Shown here: positions 44,372 to 59,300 of the stretch, one piece after another
How the letters are laid out: each line of letters opens with the position of its first letter
Numbering within the stretch: position 1 is the first letter of the stretch
From: a virus
Taxonomy: Duplodnaviria > Heunggongvirae > Uroviricota > Caudoviricetes
Virus record (IMG/VR): IMGVR_UViG_3300029615_000411
Coordinates: 119,874 to 183,873 of that record
DNA: 64,000 bases
Strand: one strand, 5' to 3'
Notes under the pieces: model-generated
What the model was told of the DNA's origin: nothing
Seen by the model: only the letters and a program-made list of their open reading frames with translations
Databases searched by the model: none
Program-made: the position numbers and the translations under genes

Positions 44372-47300
44372 TTATTCAGCGGAATCATCCTTATGGTTAT
44401 CTTTGTTGTCGTTTTCGTCCTTCTTGCGCTTGTGGTTTACTACCACCAGAGCAGCGACGCCAATGCCAACCATTGCTACCAGACCAACAATGCTCTGTGC
44501 AAATCCGATACCCGTCTTCTTGTTGCTCGTGAAGATAGAGAAGAGGGAGAAGGGTTTGCCGTCTACCTTGAAGATATCGAGCCATCCAATCGGCGGGGTC
44601 GGAGTAGGCTTCGGGTTGTCAGGAGTCGGAGTAGGCTTCGGGTTGTCAGGAGTCGGAGTCGGCTTAGGCTCGTCAGGCGTTGTGGGAGTAGAGGGCTTCA
44701 CAACAGGGACTTTCACCTCGTTGGAAGGTTTCTCTACATCTTCATCAATCGGCTTGGACGGGTCCTTACCATGACCCGGATTCTCGGGGTCTTCGGGATT
44801 CTGACCCGGAGCCTTAGCGACAGCCACGTTAATGACATCGTGTCCGGCATCCGCGTCAACGGCAACATAAGAATAGGTCAGAGTGAAGGATTCGCCAACA
44901 GGGATACGAACAATAGTGAACGTTGTCGTTGCGCTATTGTAAGTATATTCATCACCGTTCTGGGCTTCAATATGGCTTGCGCCGTCATTGTTGTCCTTTA
45001 CGGTTACATTGACAAGGTCTACTTCACCGGTATTGGTTACTACCACACGATAATTGATGGTTTCACCGACATTGACTTTCGTCTTGTCAGCACTCTTCAC
45101 AATCGTGAGGCTCTTTTCGAGCGGAACATCCGTTTCCGTACCGGAACCCGGAACTTCCACATCGACCTTGTTGGACGGAATATCCGTATCAGGGTCAATC
45201 GGTTTCGTCGGGTCTTTACCCTGTCCGGGATTCTCCGGGTCTTCGGGGTTCGTACCGGGAACATGAATCGTCGCTACGTTTTCAAGAATGTGCGTAGTCA
45301 CATCGGCGATACCGACAGTATAAGCGTAGTGGACAACCACATCGCCGCCAGCAGGAATCGTGTCGATGGTGAATACACCATTCTCATAGTGATAACCAGC
45401 GCCATCCACTGCGAAAATGCTTCCGGAGAAGTTATTCTCATCAGTCAGAGCAGCATTCTGAATATCGTGGTCTTTGCCATTGTGTACCGTTACGGTATAG
45501 GTGACAGTCTCACCCGGCTTTGCGACAGTCTTGTTTGCAGACTTCCAGATGGTGACAACGCCATCATCAGGCTTCTTCACATCGACTGTATTGGACGGGA
45601 TATTATACTGCTCGCCATCGTGCGTGTACTTAATGGTTGCGGTATTTTCCATAACGCTCTCATCGGTCGTCTCTACCGTATAGGTATAAACGATATCAAG
45701 AGCCTCACCGGCATCCAGATAACCGATAGTCCAAGTGCCGTCTCCGTTATAGGTATAGCGGTTAGAACTCTCAGCCGTAACATCACCCGCAAAGTTGTTA
45801 TGGTCTGCGACAGTGATATCGTTTACGGTTTCATCTGTCGTGTTCTTCACCGTAATGGTGTAGGTCACAACATCCGTTACCTTAGCAATATACTTATCGG
45901 CATCCTTTTCAACATCGATAGGCGGTGTCGGGTCTTTCACAACAGCAGCGTTCAGAACCTTAGGAGCATCAGCGGTAACTACCACATAGGTGAAGTTAAG
46001 CGTTACGCTCTCGCCAGCCTTTACAGTGCTGATGGTATAGGAGTTGTCGCCGTTATCCGCAACGCCATCCATGGGCACAAAGTTGAGCGTTCCGTTGCCA
46101 TCGAAGAAGTCTTCGACCACAACATTTTCCGCATCAGCCTTGCCTTTATTGGCGACAGTAACCGTATAGTTGAGCGTATCGCCAACCTTGGCCTCTGCCT
46201 TATCAACGGACTTGGTGATTTCGATTACAGGAATCTCTGTTTCGGTTTCAGAGCCGGGAACTTCCACATCAACCTTGTTGGACGGAATCTCCGTATCGGG
46301 GTCAATGGGTTTCTCGGGGTCTTTGCCGTGACCCGGATTATTCGGGTCTTCGGGATTCGTGCCGGGAACATGGATTGTTGCAATGTTTTCGAGAATCTGC
46401 GTGGGCACATCAGCAATTTCAACCGTATAGGTGTAGTGGATAACCACATCACCGCCTGCGGGAATCTTATTGATTGTGAATTCGCCGTTCTCGAAGGTGT
46501 AATCTGCACCTTCAACGCTTACGATTTCGCCAGCAAAGTTGTTGGTGTCTGTCAGACGAGCGTTTTCGATGTCGTGATTCTTTCCGTTATGAACCGTGAC
46601 GGTATAGGTTACAACCTCACCCGGCTCAGCCTTTGTCTTATCTGCAGCCTTGCGGATGGTGACAACACCATCATCGGGCTTCTCGACATCGACGGGGTTG
46701 GACGGGATATTGTAATCTGTGCCATCCTTGCTGTAAGTCACATTTGCAATGTTTTCGATGACGGTGGCATCCTCAGCCTGCATCGTATAGGTGTAGGTGA
46801 TATAGATGGTCTCGCCAGCGGCAATAGTCGGGATAGTCCACGTCTTATTGCCATTGTAAGTGTACTTGTCAGCGTTTTCGGCCTTGATTTCGCCCTTGAA
46901 GTTGTTAGTATCGGTGACAGTTACATTGTCAACAGACTCAGAAGTGGTGTTCTTCACGGAAATCGTGTAGGTTACAACCTCATCAACCTTTGCAATGTGC
47001 TTGTCGGCTTCCTTCTCGACGTCAACAGGCGGTGTCGGGTCTTTGATTACTGCGGCGTTCAGTACGAGAGGTTCGTCTCCTTCAACTACAACATAGCTGA
47101 AACGAAGCTTTACGCTCTCCCCTGCCTTGACCGTAGAAATAGTGTAGGTGTTGTCTCCGTTATCTGTCACACCATCCATGGCCTTGAAGTTCAGCGTTCC
47201 GTTTCCGTCAAAGAAGTCCTTAATCAGGATATTCTCAGCATCCGCGTTACCGCCGTTCTTGACAGTGACGGTGTAGTTTAGCGTATCACCAATCTTGGCA

Positions 47301-50300
47301 GTAGGCTTATCTACAGACTTGGTAATAGAGATTTCCGGAATCTCGGTCTCAACTTCGGAACCGGGGACTTTCACTTCGACCTTATTGGACGGAATGTCCG
47401 TATCGGGGTCAATAGGTTTATCCGGGTCCTTGCCGTGTCCGGGATTCTCAGGGTCTTCCGGATTCGTGCCGGGCACATGTGCCGTGGCAACATTTTCCAG
47501 AATGTGAGTGGGTACATCTGCAATCTGCACCGTGTAGGTGTAGGTCAGAACAGCGTCTGCACCAGCAGCAATCTTATCGATTACAAAGTGTCCGTCAACG
47601 AACTTGTAGCCGACACCATTCGTGCCGGTAATCGTTCCAGCAAAGTTGTTGGAATCGCTTACGACCACATTGGTGATGTCATGCGCCTTGCCGTTGTGAA
47701 TCGTAACCGTGTAGGTCACGACCTCACCGGGTTCTGCAATCTTCTTGTCACCGCTCTTGACAATCGTAACTTCGCCATCCTTCGGGACAACGACTTCAAC
47801 GGGGTCTGCCTTGATGACATACTCGCCGTCATCGGTCGTGTAGCGAACATCAGCTTCGTTGACCAGCGTAGAGGGGTCGGTAGTCTTCACCGTATAGGTG
47901 TAGAGAATATCGATGCTCTCACCAGCCTTGATGCTGGGGATAGTCCAAGTATGGTTGCCATTGTAGGTGTACTTGGCGTTGTCTTTAGAAGTGATTGCAC
48001 CTGTAAAGTTGTTGGTGTCGCTGACCAGCAGGTCGGTAACGGTCTTATCAGTCGTGTTCTTCACCGTGATGGTGTAGTTGACGACTTCATCGACCATCGC
48101 TACATGCTTGTCTGCGGTCTTCTCGATGTCAACGGGAGGCGTCGGGTCTTTCACAACAGCAGCGTTCAGGACCATCGGCGCATCTCCGGCAACGACCGTG
48201 TAAGTGAAGCGGAGCGTAATGCTCTGACCCTTCTCCACATTCGCAACCGTGTAGGTGTAATCACCGTTATCCGTCACACCGTCCATCGGAACGAAGTTCA
48301 GGACACCGTTACCGTCAAAGAAATCCTTAACGACAGCGTTCTTGACTGCCTGTCCGCCAACATTCGTCAGCGTAATCGTGTAGTTCAGCGTATCCCCAAC
48401 CTTGGCTTCTGCCTTATCTACACTCTTAACGATTTCGAGCTTGCCTTCCGGCACATCAACATGCGTGCCGTCACCGGGAACCTCAACATCGACCTTGTTG
48501 GAAGGAATCTCCTCGTCAGGGTCGCCGGGGTTCTTGCCGGGAACGTGAGCCGTTGCAATGTTTTCAAGAATCTTGGTCGGAACATCGGCAATCTGGACTG
48601 TGTAGGCGTAACGGACCACTGCGTCACCGCCAGCAGGAATCTTGTCAATGACAAATTCGCCGTTGGTGAACTTGTAGCCAGCGCCATCTACGCCTTCAAT
48701 CTTGCCCGCGAAGTTGTTCGCGTCAGTCAGACGGACATTCTTGATGTCGTAATCCTTACCGTTGTGAATCGTAACCGTATAGGTAACGACCTCGTTCGGC
48801 TCAGCCTTGGTCTTGTCGGCAGTCTTAAAGATGGTAACGACACCATCGTTAGGCTTTTCGACTTCGACGGGGTTGGACGGAATATCGTAGTCAGTACCGT
48901 TGTAGCTATAACGCACATCGGCAGTGTTTTCAATGACAGTTTCATCGTTTGCCTGCATCGTATAGGTGTAGGTAATGTCGATGGACTTGCCGGATTCGAG
49001 CGTTGCGATGGTCCAAGTCTTATCACCGTTGTAGGTGTAGCCCTTGCCATCTTTGCCTTCGATTTCGCCCTTGAAGTTGTTCGTATCGCTTACCAGCAGA
49101 TTCGTCAAGGTGTCCTTGGAATTGTTCTTCACCGTAATGGTGTAGGTAACAATCTCATTAACCTTAGCGATATGCTTGTCTGCGCTCTTCACAATATCCG
49201 TGGACGGTTTGGGAGTTGTGATGACTGCCGCGTTCAAAACCTCAGGCGCGTCTCCGTCAACTACCACATAGGTGAAGTTGAGCGTTACGCTTTCGCCAGC
49301 CTTGACGCTTGCAATCGTGTAAGTGTCATCACCGTTATCGGTGACGCCATCCATAGCCACGAAGTTCAGTGTGCCCTTGCCGTCGAAGAAGTCCTTGACT
49401 GTGACATTCTCAGCATCGCCCTTGCCGTTGTTCTTGACAGTAATCGTGTAGTTCAGAGTATCACCGACAGCGGCTTCACTCTTGTCTACACTCTTCGTCA
49501 GAACAAGGTCAGGAATCTTGGTTTCAGTTTCGGAACCCGGAACCTCAACATCGACAGGATTCGAAGGAATCTTCTCATCGTTATCGATAGGCTTATTCGG
49601 GTCTTTACCGTGACCGGGGTTGTTCGGGTCTTCGGGATTCGTTCCGGGAACATCAGCCGTAGCGATGTTTTCCAGAATCTGAGTAGGCACATCACCAATT
49701 TCAACCGTGTAGGTGTAGGTCAGAGTGACCGAAGCGCCTGCGGCAATCTCAGCGATATGGAACTCGCCGTTCTCGAAGGTGTAATCTGCGCCGTCAACGC
49801 CAGTGATTTCACCAGCGAAGTTATTAGCATCGGTTACTACAACATCGTGAACATCGAAGCCCTTGTTGTTAGTAACGGTGACATTGTAGGTGACGACCTC
49901 ACCCGGCTTAGCCATCTTCTTGTCCGCTTCCTTGTGGATGGAGACAGTGCCCTTATCGGGTACGACCACATCGACAGTCGGCGTATCAAGCTTAACGGTA
50001 TTACCGTTCTCGGAATACGTCACATCAGCCTTGTTCTCGAGGAGCTTCTCATCATTGCTCTGTACCGTGTAGGTATAGGTAATGTCGATGGTCTCCCCTG
50101 CTCCGATTTCCGGAATCGTCCAAGTATTATCGCCGTTATAGGTGTACTTGTCTGTATTGGCGGCATTGATGCTGCCAACAAAGTTATTGGTATCCTTGAC
50201 AGTGACATTCGTCTTTGCCTTGGTATCGGGGTTATACACGCTGATGGTGTAGGTCACGATTTCATCGACAAATGCGAACTTCTTGTCAGCCGTCTTGGTG

Positions 50301-53300
50301 GGTTCGAGCGGCGGGTCAACGGGCGGCGTCGTGACGACAGCGGCGTTCAGGACCTCAGGCTCATCGCCTTCCACGATAACATAGGTGAAGCGGAGCTCCA
50401 TGAATGTACCGGCAGGCAGTTTGTTGATAGTGTAGGTGCCATCACCGTTTACTACAACACCGACAGTCGGGATGTAGTTGAGCTTGCCGTGTCCATCGAA
50501 GAAGTCTTCGACCAGAATATTTTTCAGTTCGCCATCGCCAACATTAGACACCTTAACGGTGTAATGCAGCATATCGCCAACAGAAGCACTCTTCTTGTCT
50601 ACGAATTTCTCGACTTTCAACTTGCCCTCGGGCGGGTTGACAGGAACAGGTACATCACTGCCGGGAACCTTGATGGTGACCTCGTTAGAAGGCTTCGTCT
50701 TTTCATTCTCAGGAGTCTGGTCTTCGTCAGCGAACCAGTAATGCAGCGTAGCCACATTCTTCAGCTCGTTGTAAGTATCCTGACCCTTACCGGCATCGGT
50801 GTTCAGCACAATGTAATCATACTCTACCGTGACAGTCTTGCCAGCCGGAATAGTGCCGACCTTGATGACTGCGGAACCGGCAGATGCAGATTCCAGAGTA
50901 CCGTTCTTGACATTCGTGATAACGCCGTTGAAGTTGTTCTTGTCGTGCAGCGCTGCATTCACATAGTCAACAGTGTCATTGTTGTGCATGACGACGGTGT
51001 AATGCACCGTATCGCCGATGTTTGCAATGGCCTTGTCTGCCTGTTTTACAACGGTGGGTCCGACATGTTCCGGCGTGGGAGTATCGGGGATGACAGGGAT
51101 ATCAACCTCATTGGAAGGAATCTTTACCTTGCCGGAATCCGTCACATATGTCATTTCGGCGTTATTGACAAGCATGGTATTGGGAGCATCTTCATTCATT
51201 ACCGTGTAGGTGTAGACAATGTCTACGCTCTCACCAGCGCCGATAGAAGAAATATTCCAGACCTTGTCGCCAATATAGCTTACAACATCAGTGTTTTCGG
51301 CAGGTGTGATAACGCCCGTGAAGTTGTTCGTATCCTTGACCTCAACATTCGTCTTGGTCTCGTTAGTCGTATTGGTAACGGTAATGGTGTAAGTCACCAC
51401 CTCGCCAACCACTACGGTCTGTTTATCTGCCTTTTTCTCGATTTCGGGAATTTCCGGAATCTCGACAGCAGCATTGTTTACGGTGCCCTTGTCGCCTTCT
51501 TGTACGGTATAGGTGACAGGAATCTCAACGACCTCACCAGCCGCAATCTCTGCGATGGTGAAGGAATGAGTCGCTGCGTCATAGGTGTACTTGTCGGAAC
51601 TTGCAGCATTGATTTCACCAATGCCGTCATTGAAGTCGCGTACAACTACATTCTGAGCAGTCATTGTACCGTTGTTGGTAACGGTAATGGTGTAGTGAAT
51701 GGTATCGCCAATCATCACGCTGGATTCAAGAGAAGTCTTCACAACGCGAATATCGCGGTCAGGCACTTCGCCTACATGGACAGTCTCAGTATCGGGGTCG
51801 CTCGTAACAGTCTTGTTGTCGGGGTTCTTGCCCTCAGCAACAGCCGTATTCACGATGTTACCGTTATCGAGGTTCATGTCCTCTGCCACAGCAGTATAGA
51901 CATAAGTGATTTCAACGGAATCGCCTGCGTTCAGCTCAGGAATCATCCACTTGCCGTTTCCGTCATACATCAAATCGCCAGTGTACTCGACAGTGCCGTT
52001 GCCGTTGGATGTATCGGTAACGATAACATTCGTCAGCTTGGTATTGCCGCTGTTCTTGACGGTCAGAGTATAGGTTACGGTCGTGTCATTGCCGTTCATA
52101 TCAACGAAGCTCTTGTCAGCGTTCTTTACGATGGTCAGTTCATCACGGAGCACATCAACCTCAACAGGCTTAGAAGGCTCTTCGATGTCCTTGTCACCCG
52201 GAATCTCAGTATCGGGATTCTTGGGAGCGTGAGCAGTAGCTACGTTGATAATCGTTTCGGGGTCACCGTTCTGCACAATATACAGGTAATTCAGAGTAAC
52301 GGAATCACCGACATTCAGAGCAGGAATGGTGAACAATCTGGTTTCGGGGTTATAGGTATATCCGTCGCCGGTAGAGACGATAAACATACCCAGAGCATTG
52401 GTGTCATCGGAGACGGTAACATTCGTCATATCGACAGTGCCGTCGTTCGTGACAGTGACCTGATACTTGACGACTTCGCCGGGATAAGCGTGGTCGCGGT
52501 CAGCAGACTTGACAATCGTCAGGTGCTTGTAGTACAGCGGCACGATTACTTCGTTGGAATCGACAGGTTTTTCAGGAATAGTCGGGTCTTCGCGAGCAGG
52601 AATCGTTGCGGTAGCAATGTTATCCAGCTTGCCGTTTGCGAGGTCATCTGCGACAACCGTGTACTTATAGGTAATGGTTACGGACTTTCCAACGCCAAGG
52701 CTGGTGATTGTCCATGTTCCATCATCGTTGACACGATAGCCGAAGTGGAGCTTCGTGTTCTCGACAGGCTCGCCCATGAAGTTGCTCGTATCCTTTACGA
52801 CAACATTTTCAAGCTTCGTGTTGCCCGTATTGGTGACTTTCAGCGTGTAAGTGACGACATCACCTACGCCAGCCTCAGTCTTATCAGCACTCTTTTCGAT
52901 GGTCAGATTCTGACGGATGATTTCCACATCAACATCAGGAGTCTCGACCAACCAATCCTTGTTAGGCTCGGTATAGTTCGGAGTCGTGCTGCCATCAGGG
53001 TTTTCAGTATAACTCTCGACTACCTTCATATCGGTAATCTTGGCGTTGTTTTCGAGGATGTCGTTGTTGTTGGTGCCGTGGTCGGTCGGGTCTACCGTGT
53101 AGGTATAGGTGAACGTTACAGCATTGGTATGGGTTTCATCGCGCAGATGGGAAATCTCTGCGATAACGAACTCGCCCTTCTCTGCATCATAGGTCACACC
53201 GTTTGCCTGAGACAGGGCAGGAACACCAACGAAGTTGTTGGTATCTTTAACGATGACGTTGTGCAGGTCATGACTGGTCGCGTTCGTAACGGTAATCGTG

Positions 53301-56300
53301 TAGCGAATCACATCGTAATCCGTAGCGCGTTCACGGTCAGCAGATTTCTCGATAGAGACAATTTCCTTATCGCGAACGGTCAGAGTACCATCCACATACT
53401 TGATGATGTAGTTGGCATTGCTGCCGCTGCCATCTTCTGTGTTGATGATAACTGCATCGCTGGGAACGTTCTTGCTGGAACCCACTTCGGTCTGAGAACC
53501 GGTTACGGTCACAGAATCCATCTTATCGTGAATGCCAAGCAGGTCGTTATCTACGAGTTCCGGAGCGTAGGTATAACCGGGTTCCGTCAACGGAGTGCCG
53601 TCATATACCTTTTCTGCGGAGTTTGCAGTAATGGTTACCTCACGCGGGTCAATGAAGAAATGTCCGGGAGTTACTGTGCCAATCTCAATATTATCTACCT
53701 CTGTATAGGTAGGAACAATGGAATAGCCGGGGTTCTCGGTACGAACATTCTCACCCGGAACACGAGCTGCATCCAGATTCAGGGCACGGTCGATATAATC
53801 GCGCAGGTCCTTATCCGGAGTGTAAGGCTCATCTTTCTCGTTCGTGAGCGTATAGGAAACATTGAACTTATCGGGGTCGTTATCACCGTAGGTCTTGCGG
53901 TCGTCTTCTGCCTTGATGTTAATAATCAAGGGTTTGACGGTCAACTTACCATCGATGTAAACGAAATCGTAGTTCGGGTTATGGAAAGTAGAATCCTTGG
54001 CAGATACAGGATATTCACCAACAGGGCTCCACTTCTCCGCATCAGTCTTGGTCTTGAGCGCATCTTTACCACCGATATCATCGATGGTGTCGCCGCGCTT
54101 ATAGCCGGTAATGGTTACGTTGGGTGTCGGGTTATCTTCGCCGAAATACTTTTCGTCGTCAATAACTGTAACAACGATGGTTGCAGGAACAATGGTCAGA
54201 GTTCCGGGAGTGGTAATGATTTCGTAGTTGCCGGACGGGTCAGTGCCATCAATGGTGATGGGATACTTGCCTACCTGCTCACCGTCATCAGTATCAGCGC
54301 CGGGACGCTTTGTGGTGATATCGAAGAAGTCTTCGTCACCGGGATTGACCAGTTCTTCGGGGTCAGTAATCGTCCAAGTCAGCGGGTCGGGGTCTTTCTC
54401 TCCGTAAACCTTCTGCTGGTCATCTGCCTTCACATGGATAGGTTTCTTACCAATCGTCAGGTCACCGCCAACATAGATAAACTTGTAATTGCCGTTGTCA
54501 GCAACCAACTGCTGTCTATCGTAGTTGATGGGATAATTACCAACTTTCGTCTTATTCGTTACGGGATTGCCAGCGTTATCGTTGCAGTACATTGTAGCAG
54601 TGCCGGAAACCTTGGATTCATCGTCCTTGATACCGGTACCTGTCTCGTCCTTAACATCACGACCGACAAAACCTGTGATGGAATAAGTGAATTCGGGAAT
54701 CTCATCGCCGTAGGTGGTCTTGTATCCGCCATCGACCGTAACAGTGAGCGTTGCGGGGATGATTTTCAGAGAACCATCGTATACGGTAACGGCATAGTTC
54801 TTGTTGTTTGTATCGTACTTTGCGGAAATGAGGTAATCACCATCATAGAGGGTAGTTCCCCACTTATTGAGAGAATCTGCTGCAGTGACATCGCCGCGCA
54901 CAACATTCTCACCCTTGGTGCGGTACAACTCAACATTCAGCGGGCTGTTTTCGGGGTCAATCAGGCCAATCACATTGCCAGCATTGTCTTCGTAATGGAA
55001 GGTAAATGCCGGGTCAGCAGTGCCGTAGGTCTTGACCTTATGGTCAATACGAACAATCAGTTCCTTCGGGTTGACAGTGATATCGCCATTGACATAGCGG
55101 ATAACATAGTTCTTCTCGAAGTTTGTGTTGCTCTTGACTTCGAAAGTGGAGCCGATATGCTCTTCACCGTCTTCCAGAACAACGCAATCCGGGTTCACCG
55201 CATCCTCATTGTTGTTGCCAGCAGTTACGATGTACTTGCCAGCGTCAGACAGGTCGAAGCACAGAGTAGCGAAGCCAAGTTCACCGTTCAGAACGGTTTC
55301 CTTCGTGTCATCACGCTTGAAGCCGGTAATATCGGCATCAAATGCGGGATTCTCTTCGCCATAGGTCTTGGAATAGCCACCCTTTACGGTAACAACCAGC
55401 TCAGCCGGAGTAATCGTAAAGTTGCCGTTCTCCATGGTAATAACGTAGTTGGTGATACCATCCTTGCTGACAGGGCTGATATCGTTGGCGTTGATGGCGT
55501 AAGCCTTGCCAAACGAATGCTCGCCAGTCCAGACATCCTCACCGGGTTCACGAGTCACGCCAGTACCTTCGAGGTCGCCGGGCTGGACAGGCACATCCGC
55601 GCCTTCCTTCTCGGTGAGAACGGGACCGTTTGCGTACTCAATGTAGTAGTTGCCATCTTCGCCACGGACACCGTCATGGAGCGTGTACTTCAATTCGGGG
55701 TCAGCGTCGCCGTAAACCTTGGTGTTATCCTCAGCAATAACGGAAACGGGGCGAGGAATGATAGTCAGGTTGCCAGCGGTAATCGTGATGTCATCATCAT
55801 CATAGATGGTGCTGTGGACACCGGACAGGCTGATGCAATCCTTGTAAGTGCCGCTGGAGCTGGTCTGTGTATCCAGATGGGTAAAGGTAAAGGAATTGGT
55901 GTTGATACCGGCTTCCTCTGCCGTGATTTCAACAGCCTCGCCGTTTTCTACCTTAAACACATGATAGGTGTAATCGGTAGAACCATCGTAGAAGCGGTTG
56001 ACACGGTCGCCGTAATAGCGAACCTTATCATCCACGGTAATCATCAGACCCTGACGCTTGACAATGAGGTCGTTTGCGTAACGGTACTCAAAGTCGTAGT
56101 TCGGGTTATCCAGCTCAAGCTGTTTCTGGTCGTTTGCTGCGAGGTTTCCAATCTGACGGTCCTGCGGCGTGGAGTAGACGGGATAAGAACCGACTTCTTC
56201 ACCCTCTGCACGAACCAGATTGAAGACGATGGGAACCTTATCGGGGTTCACAACAACGCTTGCATCCGTGATACGGCTGCCTGCGCCGAGCTTCTGCTGA

Positions 56301-59300
56301 CCATTTACGGAATTATGGGTAATCATATCGGTCAGGGTGAAATCCTGAACCTTATCAGCATCGCCCAGTTCCTTCTGCCAGCCAGTGACTTCCAGCAGCA
56401 TCGGACGAGGTTTGATAGTCAGAACACCGGGTGTGTAGTTCGCAATCGTATAGTTATAACCGCCATCTGCGTTTTCACGAGGTACGAGAATCGTATGCTC
56501 TTCGCAGTAACTCTTATCGCCATACAGGTAATTGGAACCAACATCGGTGTACTTATTGTAGGTCAGGTTGATGTAATCGCTCAGAGTATTCTTTGCGGTT
56601 TCAAGAACCTTTGCGGTTGCGCCATCGTTATTCTTCAAAGCAACATCAGCAGTATCGCCGTGCTTCAAGCCAACAACGGTCAGCGTGTAGTCATTTTTGT
56701 TATCTTCGCCGTAGTAACGCTCCTGATTACCGAATACGATTGTCAGCGGGACAGGCGTAATGGTCATCTTAGCGTCGTTCGTTTCGACGATATAGTTGCT
56801 TGCTGTGCTCTTTTCGTAAGAGATACGGATGGTATAGCCTTCGTCACGGACATTCTCACCGCTGTCACGAACTGCCTTGATGCCGAGCATTTCGCTGGTA
56901 GGCTTAATGATTTCGCCATCGACAGTCCACTTCAATGCGGGTTCCGTGCCGCCGTATGCCTTCATTGCATCCAGAGCCGCAATGCGAATCAGACGAGGAT
57001 GTACTTTCAGAACATTGGACTCGTAAACGAGTTCGTAGTTGGAAACTACTTGTCCTTCACTGTTCGTGACGGTCTTGATGCCAAGAGTGTTGCCGTAACC
57101 GGTGTTTTCGTTCACGGATACAGGATATCCGTTTACGGGAACATGGGTATGCGGATGGTCATCGTCATGATAATGCTCATGACCCTTGTGCATTTCGTTG
57201 TATTTCTCCAAGCAGTAAGCGCATTCTTCTTCGGGAACATCCGTCTGATAGATTACATCACTGCTCTGTGTGGCAGTTGTCAGATAAGGCAGATTAGAAG
57301 TGCCGTTCTTGAATGCCAGAGCGGTGCGGGAAGCGCCGTTTACGACTTCAACCACATTACCGATGGTATCATTACCAATCAGATGCATGTTGTTGTAATC
57401 AACGGTAGCGTCATCGCCCAGAACGGTCCAGTTGTTCTCGTCCGAAACATCCAGTTCATTGCCTTGGTCATCTGTGCCAAGAACCTTGAAGGTGGAGTTG
57501 AAGAACGGGTTCGTTGTACCGTAAATCTTCTGGCTTTCGTCAACGGAAATCATAATCTTGCGGGGTTTGACCTCGATAGAACCGGGGTCTTCCGTGACAA
57601 CATAGTTCTTCAATACATCATAGTTGAACTCGTTCAGACCAATGTAAGATACAGGGTAAGAACCAGCATCCGTCGTCTCACTCGGTACTACATTGTATAC
57701 GAATTTACTCTGATAATTGTTTGTCTTTTTCGCTTTCAGGTCGAGTTTTTCATCGTCCTGTGCAGCAGTCTTATGGTCTTCGACCAGACCTTCCATGGTC
57801 AGCCAGCTATCAGAACCCTTATTCCAGTAGTAGACATCGTCTGCATACGGAAGCTTGATGTTCTTGAAACCGTGTCCATAAGTGGTGCTTACGCTCTTGA
57901 CCTGCGCACGCAGCGTCGTACGGTAAATACCACCGCTGAAAGTCTTGTCTGCGATATAGTAGTCGTTGTAGTTGTTGTTCACAAGGTACATTTCGTTGTT
58001 CTGCTCAATGTCACGTACCAGTGCGTTCGTATCATCGATATCCTGTACAGTGTACTCAAATTCGATGTTTACGGTACCGCCGACCGGAATCGTGTCAATG
58101 TAGAACTCTGTGCCCTGCTGGTTCATACGAATGCCATTGGTGGATTTCAGAGTGATGGGGCCATTGCCTGCAAATCTGCTCTTCAGACGCAGATTCTGGA
58201 TAGCAACAGGAGCAACATAATTGTTCTGCGCTGCCAGACCATATCCGGTATCCTTATTCGTTACTGCAATCGTAACAGTCATCTTCTGACCAACCTGCGG
58301 GGTGGTCGTGCTGTAGCTGTACTTTACAGAATACGGCAGATGGCGAATCGTATTCGTCGAAAGACCATTGTAACGGTCTTCCTTGATGACACCATTGTCG
58401 CCGTTTGCATCATACCCGGTCAGCTGTTCGCCAGCATTGCTGTCAGCATAAGAACCAACATAGGTCTGAGCATTCAGTTCAACGGAATCGTAGTTGGTGA
58501 TATTATCAATATAGATATTTCCCTGTCCTTCTTCACCGATATTGGCGTTGTAGTAGGAATCATATACCTTGATGTTGTTCGGATTCACTACCGTGTTCTG
58601 GTAGTTATCCTGTTCGGTCTTGGTATAGCGGGTAATATCGATGTTTTCCTGTTTACCAGCAAGAATCATTTCATATGCCTGCTCGATAGTCACATTCTGA
58701 TTATCGTAGACAGTCGTGTCGGTCAAATACTTGCCGTTTCCGATATCATTGGAGTTGCCATCGTAGTTCCATTTGTATTTATTCGTGTCATGGTACTGAC
58801 TGTGAATATACAGAGGACGAGGATTGATGGTACCAGTGAAATCTTCACTTGCAATATAATAGTTGTCAAACGGGTTGTTAATCAGTTCAAGAATCGTAAC
58901 GGTCTTGATACTGTGCAGACCCGTATGGATGGACTCTCTGAAACTCGTTTTTGCGAAGTCCTCAGGAGCATAGTTTTCGCAATAATAGCCGTAAGCCAGT
59001 GTGCTGTTCAGCGCGACAGTATCGCCGTGAACAATACCGGAATCAGCAGTTGCTGCTTTGATTTTAATATCAGATACCTTTGTGGTGCTGATATTGTCGT
59101 AAATCTTATTGTTGTCATAGCTGTAAAGATGCAGCGGGCGCGGATAAATATCGAAGTATACGACATTACCGTTGCCGGATACATATTCATCAGGTGTAGT
59201 GCTTTCTCCACGGACTACATAAGTCTTGCCGGGTTTCGTGTTTTCCCAGCAGAAAGTAACTTCGTACTTGCCCGTGTAGGTTGCCGTAGCAGTGTAGGAG

